Origin: Polyangiales bacterium
GTDB lineage: Bacteria > Myxococcota_A > Polyangia > Polyangiales > Houyiibacteriaceae
Reading direction: 5' to 3'
NCBI GenBank assembly: GCA_965227405.1
Contig: OZ245758.1
Location: forward strand, 3,188,338 to 3,252,337
Length of the DNA stretch: 64,000 nucleotides
Of this stretch, positions 28,926 to 38,299 are shown one piece after another. A program made the position numbers and the translations under genes. Every line of letters begins with the position of its first letter. Within the stretch, counting starts at the first letter, position 1. Under the pieces are notes generated by a model, which did not search any database, was not told the origin of the DNA, and was given only the letters and a program-made list of their open reading frames with translations.

Positions 28926-30512
28926 GTGGACTCTTCTAGGAGTGTCCCCGTGGCTCGTCGTTCCGTTGCTTTGATCGCTCTGCTGGCTTTCGCGTGCAGT
29001 GACAACACACCTTCTTCCGATGCACCCGCCGGTGAGTCGCGCCCGCGCTCCGAACCGGTCGAGTGGGTTGGCTTGACGGCAACCGTTCCGATCAACTCGG
29101 TCGACGACGCGCGCAACTTCCTCGAACCCTTCTTTGGTGATCGCGCGCGTGCCGGCGAAGGCATGAACGACGTCGAGATCCAACCCGGCGTGTTCGTCAC
29201 GACGATCGGCGATGCACGCACGCCGGAACAAGCCGTGGTTCAGATGGAGATGGCCACGATCGCCGACGCAGAGCGCCGCGTGATTCTCCAGGTCCCGGCA
29301 TCGTTTGCGTACGGTCGCATCTTCATCGACACCGCGTTGGTTGCGTTGACGCGTGCCGCCGCAGTTGAAGCCGAAGAGGCCGGACGCATGGAGCCCTTCT
29401 TGCTCGAGTACCGCAGCCAGAGCGTCAACGGTGGAGCACTGAGCTTGGCCGTGCGTTTCGAAAACGGGCAGAGCCGCATCGAACTGCGCACCAACACACC
29501 GCAAACCTCGCTCGAACCGGGCTTCGTCAACGCACCGGCCTTCACGGGCGAACCACACGAAGTGCTTGCGGGAACCGTCTGGTTTGAGCTCACGCGTGAC
29601 GAGTTCGATTTCTTCTCGACGCGTGCGTACGGAATCACGGCGGGTGCCGCTCAGAATTTCGAAGACTTCCGACTGCTTCCCCACGATTGGTTGCGTTTGA
29701 CGGTCACTCCGCGGCTCGACGACGAGTTGATCGACGTTGGGTTCGAGGTTGTCGGCCTCGATGGCTCGCGACTTCAACTCGCACGTGCTCCGGCGTCTTT
29801 GGTGGCCGGCGATCAGTTCCGAGAGAACGTGTTCCGAATGGTCACCAACATGAACGACCAGGAGCGCAACGAGCCTGGTTCGTCGACGCCGTGGCAGGTG
29901 CCCTTCCACTACGACGATCCCGAAGGTGGCGGTGTGGTGCGCGTGATCGCGCAGGGCGACTCGGGCATTTTCCGGATCGCGTACGCGGTCGAGTCGCCGC
30001 GCCAGCGCTTGCAGGATGTCGACTTCCTTCCTTACCAAGGGGTCGTCGACATTCCTGACGTGCTCGAGCCCCCTGACACCTCGTGCGAAGAAGTGGGTTC
30101 GACCGACGCGATCCGAGGTCGCTTCCGCGTTCGCTTCGATGCGTCGCCCACAGTTCGTGAGAGCGATTTGTTGACCGACCCCTTGCGCGGGAACGTGTGG
30201 GGTTCGGTGTTCCGCGCCGAAGACGTGACCCTCGCGGGTCCGATCGAAGGTGCGGTCGCCGTGGCGAATTTCGAGTTCGCGGATGTGGACGCGACCGTGC
30301 CGGGCGAAGGCATGGAGTACCTCATCGATACCGAGTTGCCTCGCGGTACGTACCAACTGCTCGGGTTCATGGACATTGACAACAACGGGACGGAGACGAC
30401 TGATCCCGACGAAGGCGATCCTGTGACGCTTCCCATTGGTGGTTTCGATCTCGAGTGCGCGGAGCAGCCGATCGTGGTCGAGTTCGCGCTTCTTCTTCCG
30501 CCTGGGCGGTGA
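28926..30512 (+). CDS. Lipoprotein, hypothetical (first gene of the di-heme peroxidase operon)
   Basis: GTG start and lipobox LLAFACSDN. 528 aa with no recognisable domain; its stop overlaps the next start (GTGA). Confidence 0.5.
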   Translation: MDSSRSVPVARRSVALIALLAFACSDNTPSSDAPAGESRPRSEPVEWVGLTATVPINSVDDARNFLEPFFGDRARAGEGMNDVEIQPGVFVTTIGDARTPEQAVVQMEMATIADAERRVILQVPASFAYGRIFIDTALVALTRAAAVEAEEAGRMEPFLLEYRSQSVNGGALSLAVRFENGQSRIELRTNTPQTSLEPGFVNAPAFTGEPHEVLAGTVWFELTRDEFDFFSTRAYGITAGAAQNFEDFRLLPHDWLRLTVTPRLDDELIDVGFEVVGLDGSRLQLARAPASLVAGDQFRENVFRMVTNMNDQERNEPGSSTPWQVPFHYDDPEGGGVVRVIAQGDSGIFRIAYAVESPRQRLQDVDFLPYQGVVDIPDVLEPPDTSCEEVGSTDAIRGRFRVRFDASPTVRESDLLTDPLRGNVWGSVFRAEDVTLAGPIEGAVAVANFEFADVDATVPGEGMEYLIDTELPRGTYQLLGFMDIDNNGTETTDPDEGDPVTLPIGGFDLECAEQPIVVEFALLLPPGR

Positions 30513-32203
30513 AACGCGGCTTGCTGCTGATGTGTCTCGTCGCCTGTGGAGATTCCGCAGGCGAAGACGTCTTTGCGTCATCCACAACCAGCATCGCGTT
30601 CGACGACGCCGGGATGCTCTGGGTGACGTCGCCCGATGATGACCGAGTTGTGGTGGTCGATCCGGACACGCTTGATGTGGTTCGAAGCGTTGACGTCCAA
30701 GGCCAACCACAACACCTCGCCATCGTGGGCGAACAGGTTTGGGTCACGCTTGGACTCACCAACGAGGTTGCACGCGTCGACACCAACGCACGCTTCGAGA
30801 TCCCTTGTGGAGGCTCACGCGCGATCGTGCGCTTGCCGAACGGCAACGTTTTGGTGAGTTGTCCGCACGACGACCGCCTGGTCGAACTCAATGGAGATGG
30901 TGTCGTTGCGCAGTACGACGCGCCGGGACGACCAACTGCACTCGCCGTATCCGACAACACGATCTACGTGACGAGCTCACTGGGCAGTATTCGCAGCGCC
31001 GACTATCCACCCACTCGTTGGGAAAGCGTGGAGCTGGAAGAGCGCGCCGGGTTTGCGGCCAGTCAGGTCGACGTGCTCGCCGCAGGAAGCCGAGGCGGTG
31101 TCGTCGCGGCGTACCAGCGGGTCGATCACGATAGCGATCGGGATCGTGATCCGGCGCGTGGTGGATATGGCTCGGTGGTCGACGGAAACCCACGAATCGA
31201 ACCGCGTTTGGTTGCCCCCTGCGGAGGTCGCTATGCCGAGTTTGACGGCGGTTCACGCGTCTTTAGCGGTCCCAGCGCAATCGCCTACGACCAAGAGCGA
31301 GACGCGCTTTGGGTGGTCAACCAATACACCGACGACGTCGCACAGATTCGTTGTTCGGGAGGCGGCGGACTTGCATCACCCTCGAGTCGACGTGCGGATG
31401 TCACCGCGTCCTTTCGTGTCGGGCGCGGTCCGCGCGGCATCGTGGTCCGTGACGGAGTCGCCTGGGTCGATGTTGGTTTTGACCATGCGGTGGCTCGCTT
31501 AGGCGACGAAACCGAGCTCACGCGTACTCGCGAGCTTGGACCCACGCGGATGAGCGATGCCGCGCTACGAGGTCGGAGTCTCTTTCACGACGCCGACGAC
31601 ATTCACCTCACGCCAAGCGGCGTGGTGACGTGCGCTACCTGTCACCCTGGCGGCGGCGAAGATGGGATCGTTTGGTTCCTGCACACGGAAGGCGTGGCGG
31701 CGAAAGTGCGTCGCACTCCACCGGCGTGGGGCGCTCGCGATGCGTTTACACCCTTTCACTGGGATGGCGAGTTCACCGACGCTCGCGATCTCACCTCGAC
31801 GACCATTCGAGAACTCATGGAAGGCGACGGTCTGCTCATCGACCTCGATGCCATGGCTGCGTACATGGCCGAAGTTGCACCGCCTCCTGCGCACGGAACG
31901 CACGTCGAGGGCGAAGCGGTGTTCATGCGCGCCGGCTGCAACGAGTGTCATCCTGGTGGTGGCTCCGACGGAGTTGCTCATGCTGTGATCGCCGATAGCG
32001 ACGATGCGTTGGCAAACCTACCTGGCGTCGACACACCACCGCTTCATGGCGTTCGAGCACGAGCGCCCTATTTGCACGACGGACGTGCGTTGACCTTGCG
32101 CGACGTGTTCGAAGTCCATAACCCCGAAGACCAGCACGGCCTTACTTCCGACCTCAGCGGGTCGGAACGCGAGGCGTTGATCGAGTACCTGAGGACCTTG
32201 TGA
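30509..32203 (+). CDS. Lipoprotein with an N-terminal beta-propeller and a C-terminal di-heme cytochrome c peroxidase/MauG-family domain
   Basis: GTG start (KRGLLLMCLVACGD lipobox). Two CxxCH motifs (CATCHPGG, CNECHPGG) and the APYLHDG motif of the CCP/MauG family; beta-propeller-like repeats in the N-terminal half. Confidence 0.65.
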   Translation: MKRGLLLMCLVACGDSAGEDVFASSTTSIAFDDAGMLWVTSPDDDRVVVVDPDTLDVVRSVDVQGQPQHLAIVGEQVWVTLGLTNEVARVDTNARFEIPCGGSRAIVRLPNGNVLVSCPHDDRLVELNGDGVVAQYDAPGRPTALAVSDNTIYVTSSLGSIRSADYPPTRWESVELEERAGFAASQVDVLAAGSRGGVVAAYQRVDHDSDRDRDPARGGYGSVVDGNPRIEPRLVAPCGGRYAEFDGGSRVFSGPSAIAYDQERDALWVVNQYTDDVAQIRCSGGGGLASPSSRRADVTASFRVGRGPRGIVVRDGVAWVDVGFDHAVARLGDETELTRTRELGPTRMSDAALRGRSLFHDADDIHLTPSGVVTCATCHPGGGEDGIVWFLHTEGVAAKVRRTPPAWGARDAFTPFHWDGEFTDARDLTSTTIRELMEGDGLLIDLDAMAAYMAEVAPPPAHGTHVEGEAVFMRAGCNECHPGGGSDGVAHAVIADSDDALANLPGVDTPPLHGVRARAPYLHDGRALTLRDVFEVHNPEDQHGLTSDLSGSEREALIEYLRTL

Positions 32204-33591
32204 TGCGAGTTCTGTTGATTGCTGTCTTGTTGGTGGGGTGTGGTGACGATTCCGCTCCCGTGGATTCGGGCACGGACACGTCGACGGATGTGGGACCCGA
32301 AGAAGACGCGGGAACCGATGCGACGATGGACGCGGGTTTCGATAGCGGCGTGACTCCGATCGATCCCACCGATTGCGTTCCGATCGATGCTGCCAATGCG
32401 GTGACCGCAGCCGACGGCGACGAAGTCTTTCAAGGAATGCTGCGTTTCCTGTGCGACACCTGGGACGTCGAGCAGCTTGATGAGTGGCCGCCCGCTGAGT
32501 TCATGCTTGCGCTGATGGATGACGAACCGGACGTGTTTGGAAACCAGTTCGAGTCGTTTGGGTTTATCGCGGATCCCAACGATGAGTTTCCGGTGGGATT
32601 CAAGCGTGGCGAGGCTGACCCGACGGGCGTTCATCACACCTGCGCTCTGTGTCACGTGGGTGAGCTTCCGGACGGCCGGGTTTGGCTTGGTGCACCAAAC
32701 TCTGAGTTGTTGTTCGGGGCGTTTCGAAATGCGGTCAACGAGCGTTGGGTAGCCGCCGGCAACGCATCGTTGGTTTCCGAACTCTCGGAGATGAAAGCAG
32801 AGGTGCTCGGACCGGGCCGGACGAACGCCGAAAGTGCGAGCTACCCCCAGGCCGTTCCCGCGGACTTCCCGCCGTATTGGAATATGGGCGAGCAGTCGCA
32901 CTTCAACTATCTCGGCACCGGTCGTGAAGCGCGGACTGAGATCTACTTCTCAATCTTCACGTTTGGCGCGGGCGACCCCAACGACGAAGAAGCGTTGGTT
33001 CCCTTCCCGCCCCCGCAGCGCACAACTCCTGTGGTGATGTTTTACGAGTTCCTGCAGCCGCCCGAAGGTCCCGCTGAAGATCCCGACCTGGTCGCCATGG
33101 GCGAAGCGCTGTTCACGCGGGAGCGATGCAACGAGTGCCACAATCCCGACAACCTCGCGGACAACGGAATCATCCCTTTCGACGAAGAGGGCGTGGAGCG
33201 CTTCCCGGGAGACGACGATGCGTTTCCCGAGGGCACGATCGCGACGAGCGCATTGCACCGAATCTTGATCGAAGAAGGCGGTGGGGACGGCGGTCGTGAC
33301 CGACTCATCCAGTTCATCGTGCGCAATCGACTCGCGGTAGGAACGAGTGACGGATATCGAACCTCACAGCTTGCTGGCGTTTGGGCGACCGCACCGTATC
33401 TACACAACGGTTCGGTTCCGACACTTGAGGACTTGCTTCGACCCGCAGACGAACGTCCTGTCACGTTCGAACGTCATGGTTTTACGGTGGACACCACCGT
33501 CGGAGGCAACTCCAATGAGGGCCATGAGTTTGGGACCGACATCACCGACGAAGAACGCACTGCGCTGGCAGCGTACTTGAGGACCCTGTGA
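32203..33591 (+). CDS. Lipoprotein, di-heme cytochrome c peroxidase/MauG-family paralog
   Basis: Lipobox LLVGCGDD, CALCH and CNECH heme motifs, APYLHNGSVPTLEDL, and a C-terminus ERTALAAYLRTL that mirrors the upstream gene's EREALIEYLRTL. Has a TGATG overlap with the upstream gene. Confidence 0.65.
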   Translation: MRVLLIAVLLVGCGDDSAPVDSGTDTSTDVGPEEDAGTDATMDAGFDSGVTPIDPTDCVPIDAANAVTAADGDEVFQGMLRFLCDTWDVEQLDEWPPAEFMLALMDDEPDVFGNQFESFGFIADPNDEFPVGFKRGEADPTGVHHTCALCHVGELPDGRVWLGAPNSELLFGAFRNAVNERWVAAGNASLVSELSEMKAEVLGPGRTNAESASYPQAVPADFPPYWNMGEQSHFNYLGTGREARTEIYFSIFTFGAGDPNDEEALVPFPPPQRTTPVVMFYEFLQPPEGPAEDPDLVAMGEALFTRERCNECHNPDNLADNGIIPFDEEGVERFPGDDDAFPEGTIATSALHRILIEEGGGDGGRDRLIQFIVRNRLAVGTSDGYRTSQLAGVWATAPYLHNGSVPTLEDLLRPADERPVTFERHGFTVDTTVGGNSNEGHEFGTDITDEERTALAAYLRTL

Positions 33592-34367
33592 CCAAGGTTG
33601 ATCAACACGCGAATCCGACGCGCGAAGAACCGCTGACTCCGGACGACACCAAAGCTCCTTCGCATGCCGAACGTGCACGCACGATGGTCTCGATGTTGCG
33701 CACCGGAACTCTATCGACGCTCAACGCAGATGGCTACCCGCACGGTTCGTACGTCACGTTTGCGCTGGACGGGCCCGATCCGGTGTTCCTTGTGAGCACG
33801 TTGGCATCACACACCAAAAATCTCATGGGGAGTGCGCGTGCTTCGTTGATGGCGCACGAGAGCCATGCGGATGATCCCTTAGCGAATGGTCGCGTTACCT
33901 TGGTAGGCGATTGCGCCAAACTCGAAGCGCCGACGACTGCGCGCGAAGCGTTTCTCGCCGCACATCCGCAAGCGGAGTACTACGTCGACTTCAAAGACTT
34001 CTCGTTTTGGAAGCTGACGGTGGCTTCGATCCGCTACATCGGAGGCTATGGGCGGATGAGCTGGGTCGATCTCGACGGTTGGCAGAGCGCCGAACCCGAT
34101 CCGATTGCACCGCACGTCGCGGGGATCATTGAGCACATGAACGACGACCATGCCGATGCGCTCGTCGCATACGCACATGCGTTCACGCGTGCGAAAGACA
34201 CCGATCAAGCCGTGATGACCGGGATCGATCGCTACGGCTTCGAGATGAGCGTGAAGACCGCCAAAGGCATGCGCCCAGCTCGGATTGCATTCGACGAAGA
34301 GATCGCGACGCCGACCGAAGCGCGGAAGGCGCTTGTGGCGTTGGTGAAGCGCGCGCGATCGGTTTGA
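33588..34367 (+). CDS. PNPOx-like split-barrel plus DUF2470 protein (HugZ-like heme-utilisation/oxygenase family)
   Basis: N-terminal MVSMLRTGTLSTLNADGYPHGSYVTFALD (FMN-binding split-barrel-like) and C-terminal IIEHMNDDHADAL (DUF2470 signature). ATGA overlap with the upstream gene. No signal peptide. Confidence 0.55.
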   Translation: MTKVDQHANPTREEPLTPDDTKAPSHAERARTMVSMLRTGTLSTLNADGYPHGSYVTFALDGPDPVFLVSTLASHTKNLMGSARASLMAHESHADDPLANGRVTLVGDCAKLEAPTTAREAFLAAHPQAEYYVDFKDFSFWKLTVASIRYIGGYGRMSWVDLDGWQSAEPDPIAPHVAGIIEHMNDDHADALVAYAHAFTRAKDTDQAVMTGIDRYGFEMSVKTAKGMRPARIAFDEEIATPTEARKALVALVKRARSV

Positions 34368-34386
34368 TCTGCATTCCGCGAGGAAG

Positions 34387-34995
34387 CTACTCGACTTCGG
34401 CGATACGCCACTCACCGGCTTCACGAATCAAGTGAATGACTCGGCCGTTCGATGCACGCACAAGCGCTTCGTTCCCCTCGACCTCGATGTCGTAGTCAAG
34501 TTCGTCTTCGGTATCGTCGAGAAAGCGCTCGACCTCAGCTTCGAGCTGCGCACGTGGAGCACGCGACAACACCCTCAACACACCGGACATGCTTCGTCGC
34601 TGCAACGCATGTCGCATGGCACGAATCGCGTCTTCCGGAGTTTGGAGAGCCGGCGCGTCCAAGACGCCGCCGAGAATCTTCCACTCTCCATCTTCCAACG
34701 TGAGCACTGCGATCTCACCCGACGGAAGCCGAACGGTGGCGCGACTCTCCACACCGGCAAGCTGTTGTTGCGCGATCTCGGCGCGCTCGTTGAGCTCTTG
34801 TTGGTTTTCTTGAAGCAAGCGCGCCACATCGTCGGTCGCGACGGACTCACGCGACTCTTCGTCGAGAAGCGCGTGCACCGCTTCTGCATCCTGCGCTTGA
34901 ACCGCTCGCGCGTACGCTTCCACGGTGGGGCCCGGTCCTTCGATCACCGCAGCCGAAGCACACCCTGCCAACATCGCGAGCCAGATCACCCTCAT
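34387..34995 (-). CDS. Lipoprotein, hypothetical
   Basis: Start at the internal ATG giving MRVIWLAMLAGCAS (lipobox). Helical, Glu/Gln-rich. Confidence 0.45.
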   Translation of the reverse strand: MRVIWLAMLAGCASAAVIEGPGPTVEAYARAVQAQDAEAVHALLDEESRESVATDDVARLLQENQQELNERAEIAQQQLAGVESRATVRLPSGEIAVLTLEDGEWKILGGVLDAPALQTPEDAIRAMRHALQRRSMSGVLRVLSRAPRAQLEAEVERFLDDTEDELDYDIEVEGNEALVRASNGRVIHLIREAGEWRIAEVE

Positions 34996-35216
34996 CGGTT
35001 CGCGGACTCTATCGTGCCAACCCGCTCCATCTGCGCGTTTTTCGGGCGTGAACCCAAGTTCACGCGCGCGCCCGAGGTGCACGCTGGTTAACCCTCAACC
35101 TCCTGCACTCGCAGGGGAAAACTAGGGGTTTTCAAGCTTGATCCCCCCATGCAGCCTCAAAATGGCGCTGGCACGGATCGTGGATAACCTTTGGGCAAGA
35201 CCGAGGAAAATCATCG

Positions 35217-36197
35217 ATGCGTTTGGCTCTCACATCTCTCTTTGCATGCGCGCTTATGGCGCTTTCGGGTTGTTGTTCCGACAGCTACTTCTGCGACGAC
35301 ACCGGTTGCTTCTATTGCGATGGCCTGGGTTGTCGTGAAGTCGATCCGCCGGAGCGTCCGACCTGTCGTGGCGATTTCGAGTGCCCCGAAGGAACGATGT
35401 GCACCGACGTGGGTTGCGTCGAAGAGTGCTCGGAAGACTCGGACTGCCCGGATGGCACTGTCTGCCGTGACGCGATGTGTGTCGGCCCGACCGAGCCCGA
35501 TCCCGATCCGCGCCCCGGCACCTGCACGATGAACTCCGATTGCGGCGACGCGAGCCTCGTTTGCCGGGACGGAATGTGTGTTCCCAACGATGTCTCCTGC
35601 GGCGAGCTCGGTTGCAGCTGCGCAGATACCGGAATGTGCTCGGATGGATTTACCTGCCTTGATGGTGAGTGCCGCGCCGACGAAGACGTCTGCCAGTTCA
35701 ACTTCGAGTGCGGTGCCGGCAAGCTTTGTGTCGATGGACGCTGCACCACCGAGTGTGGTCCCGATGCGGGTCCGTGCCCCGAGGGTCAGCAGTGCGACGC
35801 TGGTTTCTGTCGCGACATCCCGCCGACTCCCGGCGAGTGCACGCGCGACGCCGAATGCACCATGGGCCACATCTGTGTCGACAGCAGCTGTGTAGACGGC
35901 TGTGAGCTTGACTCCGATTGCGGCGAAGGACGCTACTGCGCATACGGACGCTGTAAGGTCGACGACCGTCCCACCGACTTCTGTACCAGCGATGCTGACT
36001 GTCGCTTCATCTGTGTCGACGGGGTGTGCCGCACGCCGTGTGACACGAGCGAAGAGTGCGCACGAGTCGACGTTCAGTTCAGCGTGTGTCTCTCGCCCGA
36101 GGCCTACTGCGGAACCACCAACGAAGCCACGAGCGATTGCGCCATCTCGGCCGATTGCGGAAGTGGCGAGGAATGTATCGACGGCATCTGTCGTTGA
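35217..36197 (+). CDS. Cys-rich repeat lipoprotein (Myxococcus-type C-x-D-x-C-x-x-G-x-C repeats)
   Basis: Lipobox ALSGCCSD and at least 10 tandem approximately 25-aa repeats of the form CxxDxDCPxGxxCxDGxC. Confidence 0.65.
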   Translation: MRLALTSLFACALMALSGCCSDSYFCDDTGCFYCDGLGCREVDPPERPTCRGDFECPEGTMCTDVGCVEECSEDSDCPDGTVCRDAMCVGPTEPDPDPRPGTCTMNSDCGDASLVCRDGMCVPNDVSCGELGCSCADTGMCSDGFTCLDGECRADEDVCQFNFECGAGKLCVDGRCTTECGPDAGPCPEGQQCDAGFCRDIPPTPGECTRDAECTMGHICVDSSCVDGCELDSDCGEGRYCAYGRCKVDDRPTDFCTSDADCRFICVDGVCRTPCDTSEECARVDVQFSVCLSPEAYCGTTNEATSDCAISADCGSGEECIDGICR

Positions 36198-36246
36198 AGA
36201 GTCGGATCGGAACCAACCGACTCCATCCACCACCCATCCCACCCTG

Positions 36247-36290
36247 TCTGGGGGTACGGCAGCAGCCGTGCCCCCAGGCTCTTTTAAGCA
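36247..36290 (+). terminator. Rho-independent terminator after the Cys-rich repeat gene
   Basis: ctgggggtacggc-agca-gccgtgcccccag (13-bp stem with 1 mismatch) followed by gctctttta. Confidence 0.55.
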
Positions 36291-36350
36291 ATCCGAACGA
36301 ACGACCCGAGCTTTTCGCTTTCGTACTGAGGCGTTGATAGAATCATCGGC

Positions 36351-38228
36351 ATGCGTGTTTGGCTTGGGGTTGCGCTCGCCCTTGCGGTGGCGTGTGGGGA
36401 TGATGACGGTTCGACGGACGCGGGTACCGATTCAGGTGGGTCGGACAGCGGGATGCTGGACGCCACCAGCGACGTTGGAGGCGACGACGCAGGCGATCCC
36501 GACGCAGGCGATCCCGACGCGGGCGATGCAGGTTGTCCCGACGATGACGGCGACGGCGTCTGCAACGATGAAGATCAGTGCATCAACGGTGACGATGCTG
36601 CGGACGCGGACGGTGATGGCGTTGCCGATGCCTGCGACGCGTGTCTTGGGAGCGATGACGCCATGGACGACGATGGCGACACGGTTCCCGATGGCTGTGA
36701 TTGCGACACCAGCGCGGACATGTGCGATGCCAACGCAACCTGTGCGGAGGCGATGACAGGTGTAGAGTGCACTTGCAACGACGGATACATGGGCGACGGT
36801 GCGACGTGTGATCCAGTCGACTGCGGCATGTTGGATCCGCCCGACGACGGTAGCGTCGACGCGGCAGTGACCACGTTCGAGTCGGAGGCAACGTACTCAT
36901 GCGACACGGGATTCACGCTGGCTGGCGAACCCACCCGCACATGCCAGGCAGATGGAACGTGGTCTGGCGATGCGCCGATTTGTTCGTCGATCGATTGCGG
37001 CGCCTTGACTCCTCCGGCTGACGGAATGGTGGACGTGCCATCGACAGGGTTCAGCTCCGTCGCCACCTACACTTGCAACGACGGCTACGTGTTGATGGGC
37101 GATACAACGCGTACCTGTCAGAACGACTCGATGTGGAGTGGTGCCGAGCCCACCTGCATGTTCGTGGACTGCGGTTCCTTGCCACCATTGCCTGAAGGCA
37201 TGGTCACCACCGATCGAACTTCGTTTGGCGGAACGGCGACGTACACGTGCAATCCCGGGTTTACGTTGACTGGCGCACCCACTCGAACGTGTCGTGCAGG
37301 GGGTAGTTGGAGCGGCAGTGCACCGACTTGCGATCCGGTCGACTGCGGTGCACTCACGCCACCCGCGAACGGCGACGTGGTCGCACCGACAACGACGCTG
37401 GGATCGATCGCGAGCTACTTCTGCGACGCCGGATTCATGATGTCGGGCGGGACCGCATCCAGGACCTGCCAAACCGACGGGACGTGGGATGGGACGCCGC
37501 CGATGTGTGTCCCAGAGATCATTGACTGTGGAGCACCCCCTTCGCCGACGAACGGCAGCGTGAGTGCGCCGGACACGACCGCGGGTAACTTTGCGACGTA
37601 CAGTTGCAACTCGGGCTTCCGTCAGTTCACGGGCGAGTATGCGATTTGCCAAGCAGACGGAACGTGGCTTGGTCGTGCACCGGAGTGCTTGCCGCTGCTG
37701 ACGTGCGCGTGTGACCAGTTCGCCGAAGATGAGCGCGTGCAAGCGGCAGTTGCCATGCCGGGCGGGGCTGCGGGCGTCACACAGGGTCAACTCGGAACCG
37801 TGATCGCCGCCAGCACGACGCGTGACCTCATTCAATGGGACGGTTGGACGGGCGGCCACGACGGCAACTGTTCGTTCGCTTCCTGTGGAACGTGCATGGA
37901 CCTGCCCGTCGACCAAGGTCGTTGGTACACCACGTGTGGAGACATCGGTGAATACCGGCTCACGTGTTCATGCGGTGGTATTTGGTATCCCGGAGATCGC
38001 GTCGTCGCTCTCGTCGACAATCCGCGCGGTGCGACTGGCATTCTTCGCGGACGACAGGGGACCGTCGTCGCCGGTGGCGGCGCTTCGGGTGGAACAGACA
38101 TCCTGATCCAATGGGACGCATGGTCCGATGGGCATGACGGGAACTGTTCGTTCTCCGATTGCGGCACGTGTGTCGATAGCGGTGATAGTCGCTGGTACAC
38201 GGATTGCGACGAAATCGGACGTCCGTAA
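36351..38228 (+). CDS. Lipoprotein with TSP3-like Asp repeats, an EGF-like module, five tandem Sushi/CCP (SCR) domains and two copies of a novel approximately 85-aa Cys-containing C-terminal repeat
   Basis: Lipobox LAVACGDDDG. EGF-like CDANATCAEAMTGVECTCNDGYMGDGATC. Five repeats of DCGxLxPPxxGxV...ATYxCxxGFxLxGxxTRTCQxDGTWSGxAPxC (Cys1-4 spacing, GF/GY, W..P.C of Sushi domains). C-terminal repeat LGTVIAASTTRDLIQWDGWTGGHDGNCSF.SCGTC...RWYT.C occurs twice. Confidence 0.7.
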   Translation: MRVWLGVALALAVACGDDDGSTDAGTDSGGSDSGMLDATSDVGGDDAGDPDAGDPDAGDAGCPDDDGDGVCNDEDQCINGDDAADADGDGVADACDACLGSDDAMDDDGDTVPDGCDCDTSADMCDANATCAEAMTGVECTCNDGYMGDGATCDPVDCGMLDPPDDGSVDAAVTTFESEATYSCDTGFTLAGEPTRTCQADGTWSGDAPICSSIDCGALTPPADGMVDVPSTGFSSVATYTCNDGYVLMGDTTRTCQNDSMWSGAEPTCMFVDCGSLPPLPEGMVTTDRTSFGGTATYTCNPGFTLTGAPTRTCRAGGSWSGSAPTCDPVDCGALTPPANGDVVAPTTTLGSIASYFCDAGFMMSGGTASRTCQTDGTWDGTPPMCVPEIIDCGAPPSPTNGSVSAPDTTAGNFATYSCNSGFRQFTGEYAICQADGTWLGRAPECLPLLTCACDQFAEDERVQAAVAMPGGAAGVTQGQLGTVIAASTTRDLIQWDGWTGGHDGNCSFASCGTCMDLPVDQGRWYTTCGDIGEYRLTCSCGGIWYPGDRVVALVDNPRGATGILRGRQGTVVAGGGASGGTDILIQWDAWSDGHDGNCSFSDCGTCVDSGDSRWYTDCDEIGRP

Positions 38229-38299
38229 TCCCCCGACAACCAGGTGTAGACTCAGTGTCACGTTCGCGTCGAGCGTCCGATCCTCGTATACTTCTAAGC

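Noticed and set aside
28893-30710. 605-aa minus-strand ORF antisense to the lipoprotein/di-heme genes
   Set aside because: Shadow ORF. Arg-rich, and it overlaps two coupled plus-strand genes with clear heme motifs.
35211-36242. 343-aa minus-strand ORF antisense to the Cys-rich repeat lipoprotein
   Set aside because: The plus-strand gene has a lipobox and regular Cys repeats. The antisense translation is Ala/Thr/Gly low-complexity.
36897-37916. 339-aa minus-strand ORF antisense to the Sushi-domain gene
   Set aside because: Arg-rich shadow ORF. The plus strand carries five well-formed Sushi repeats.
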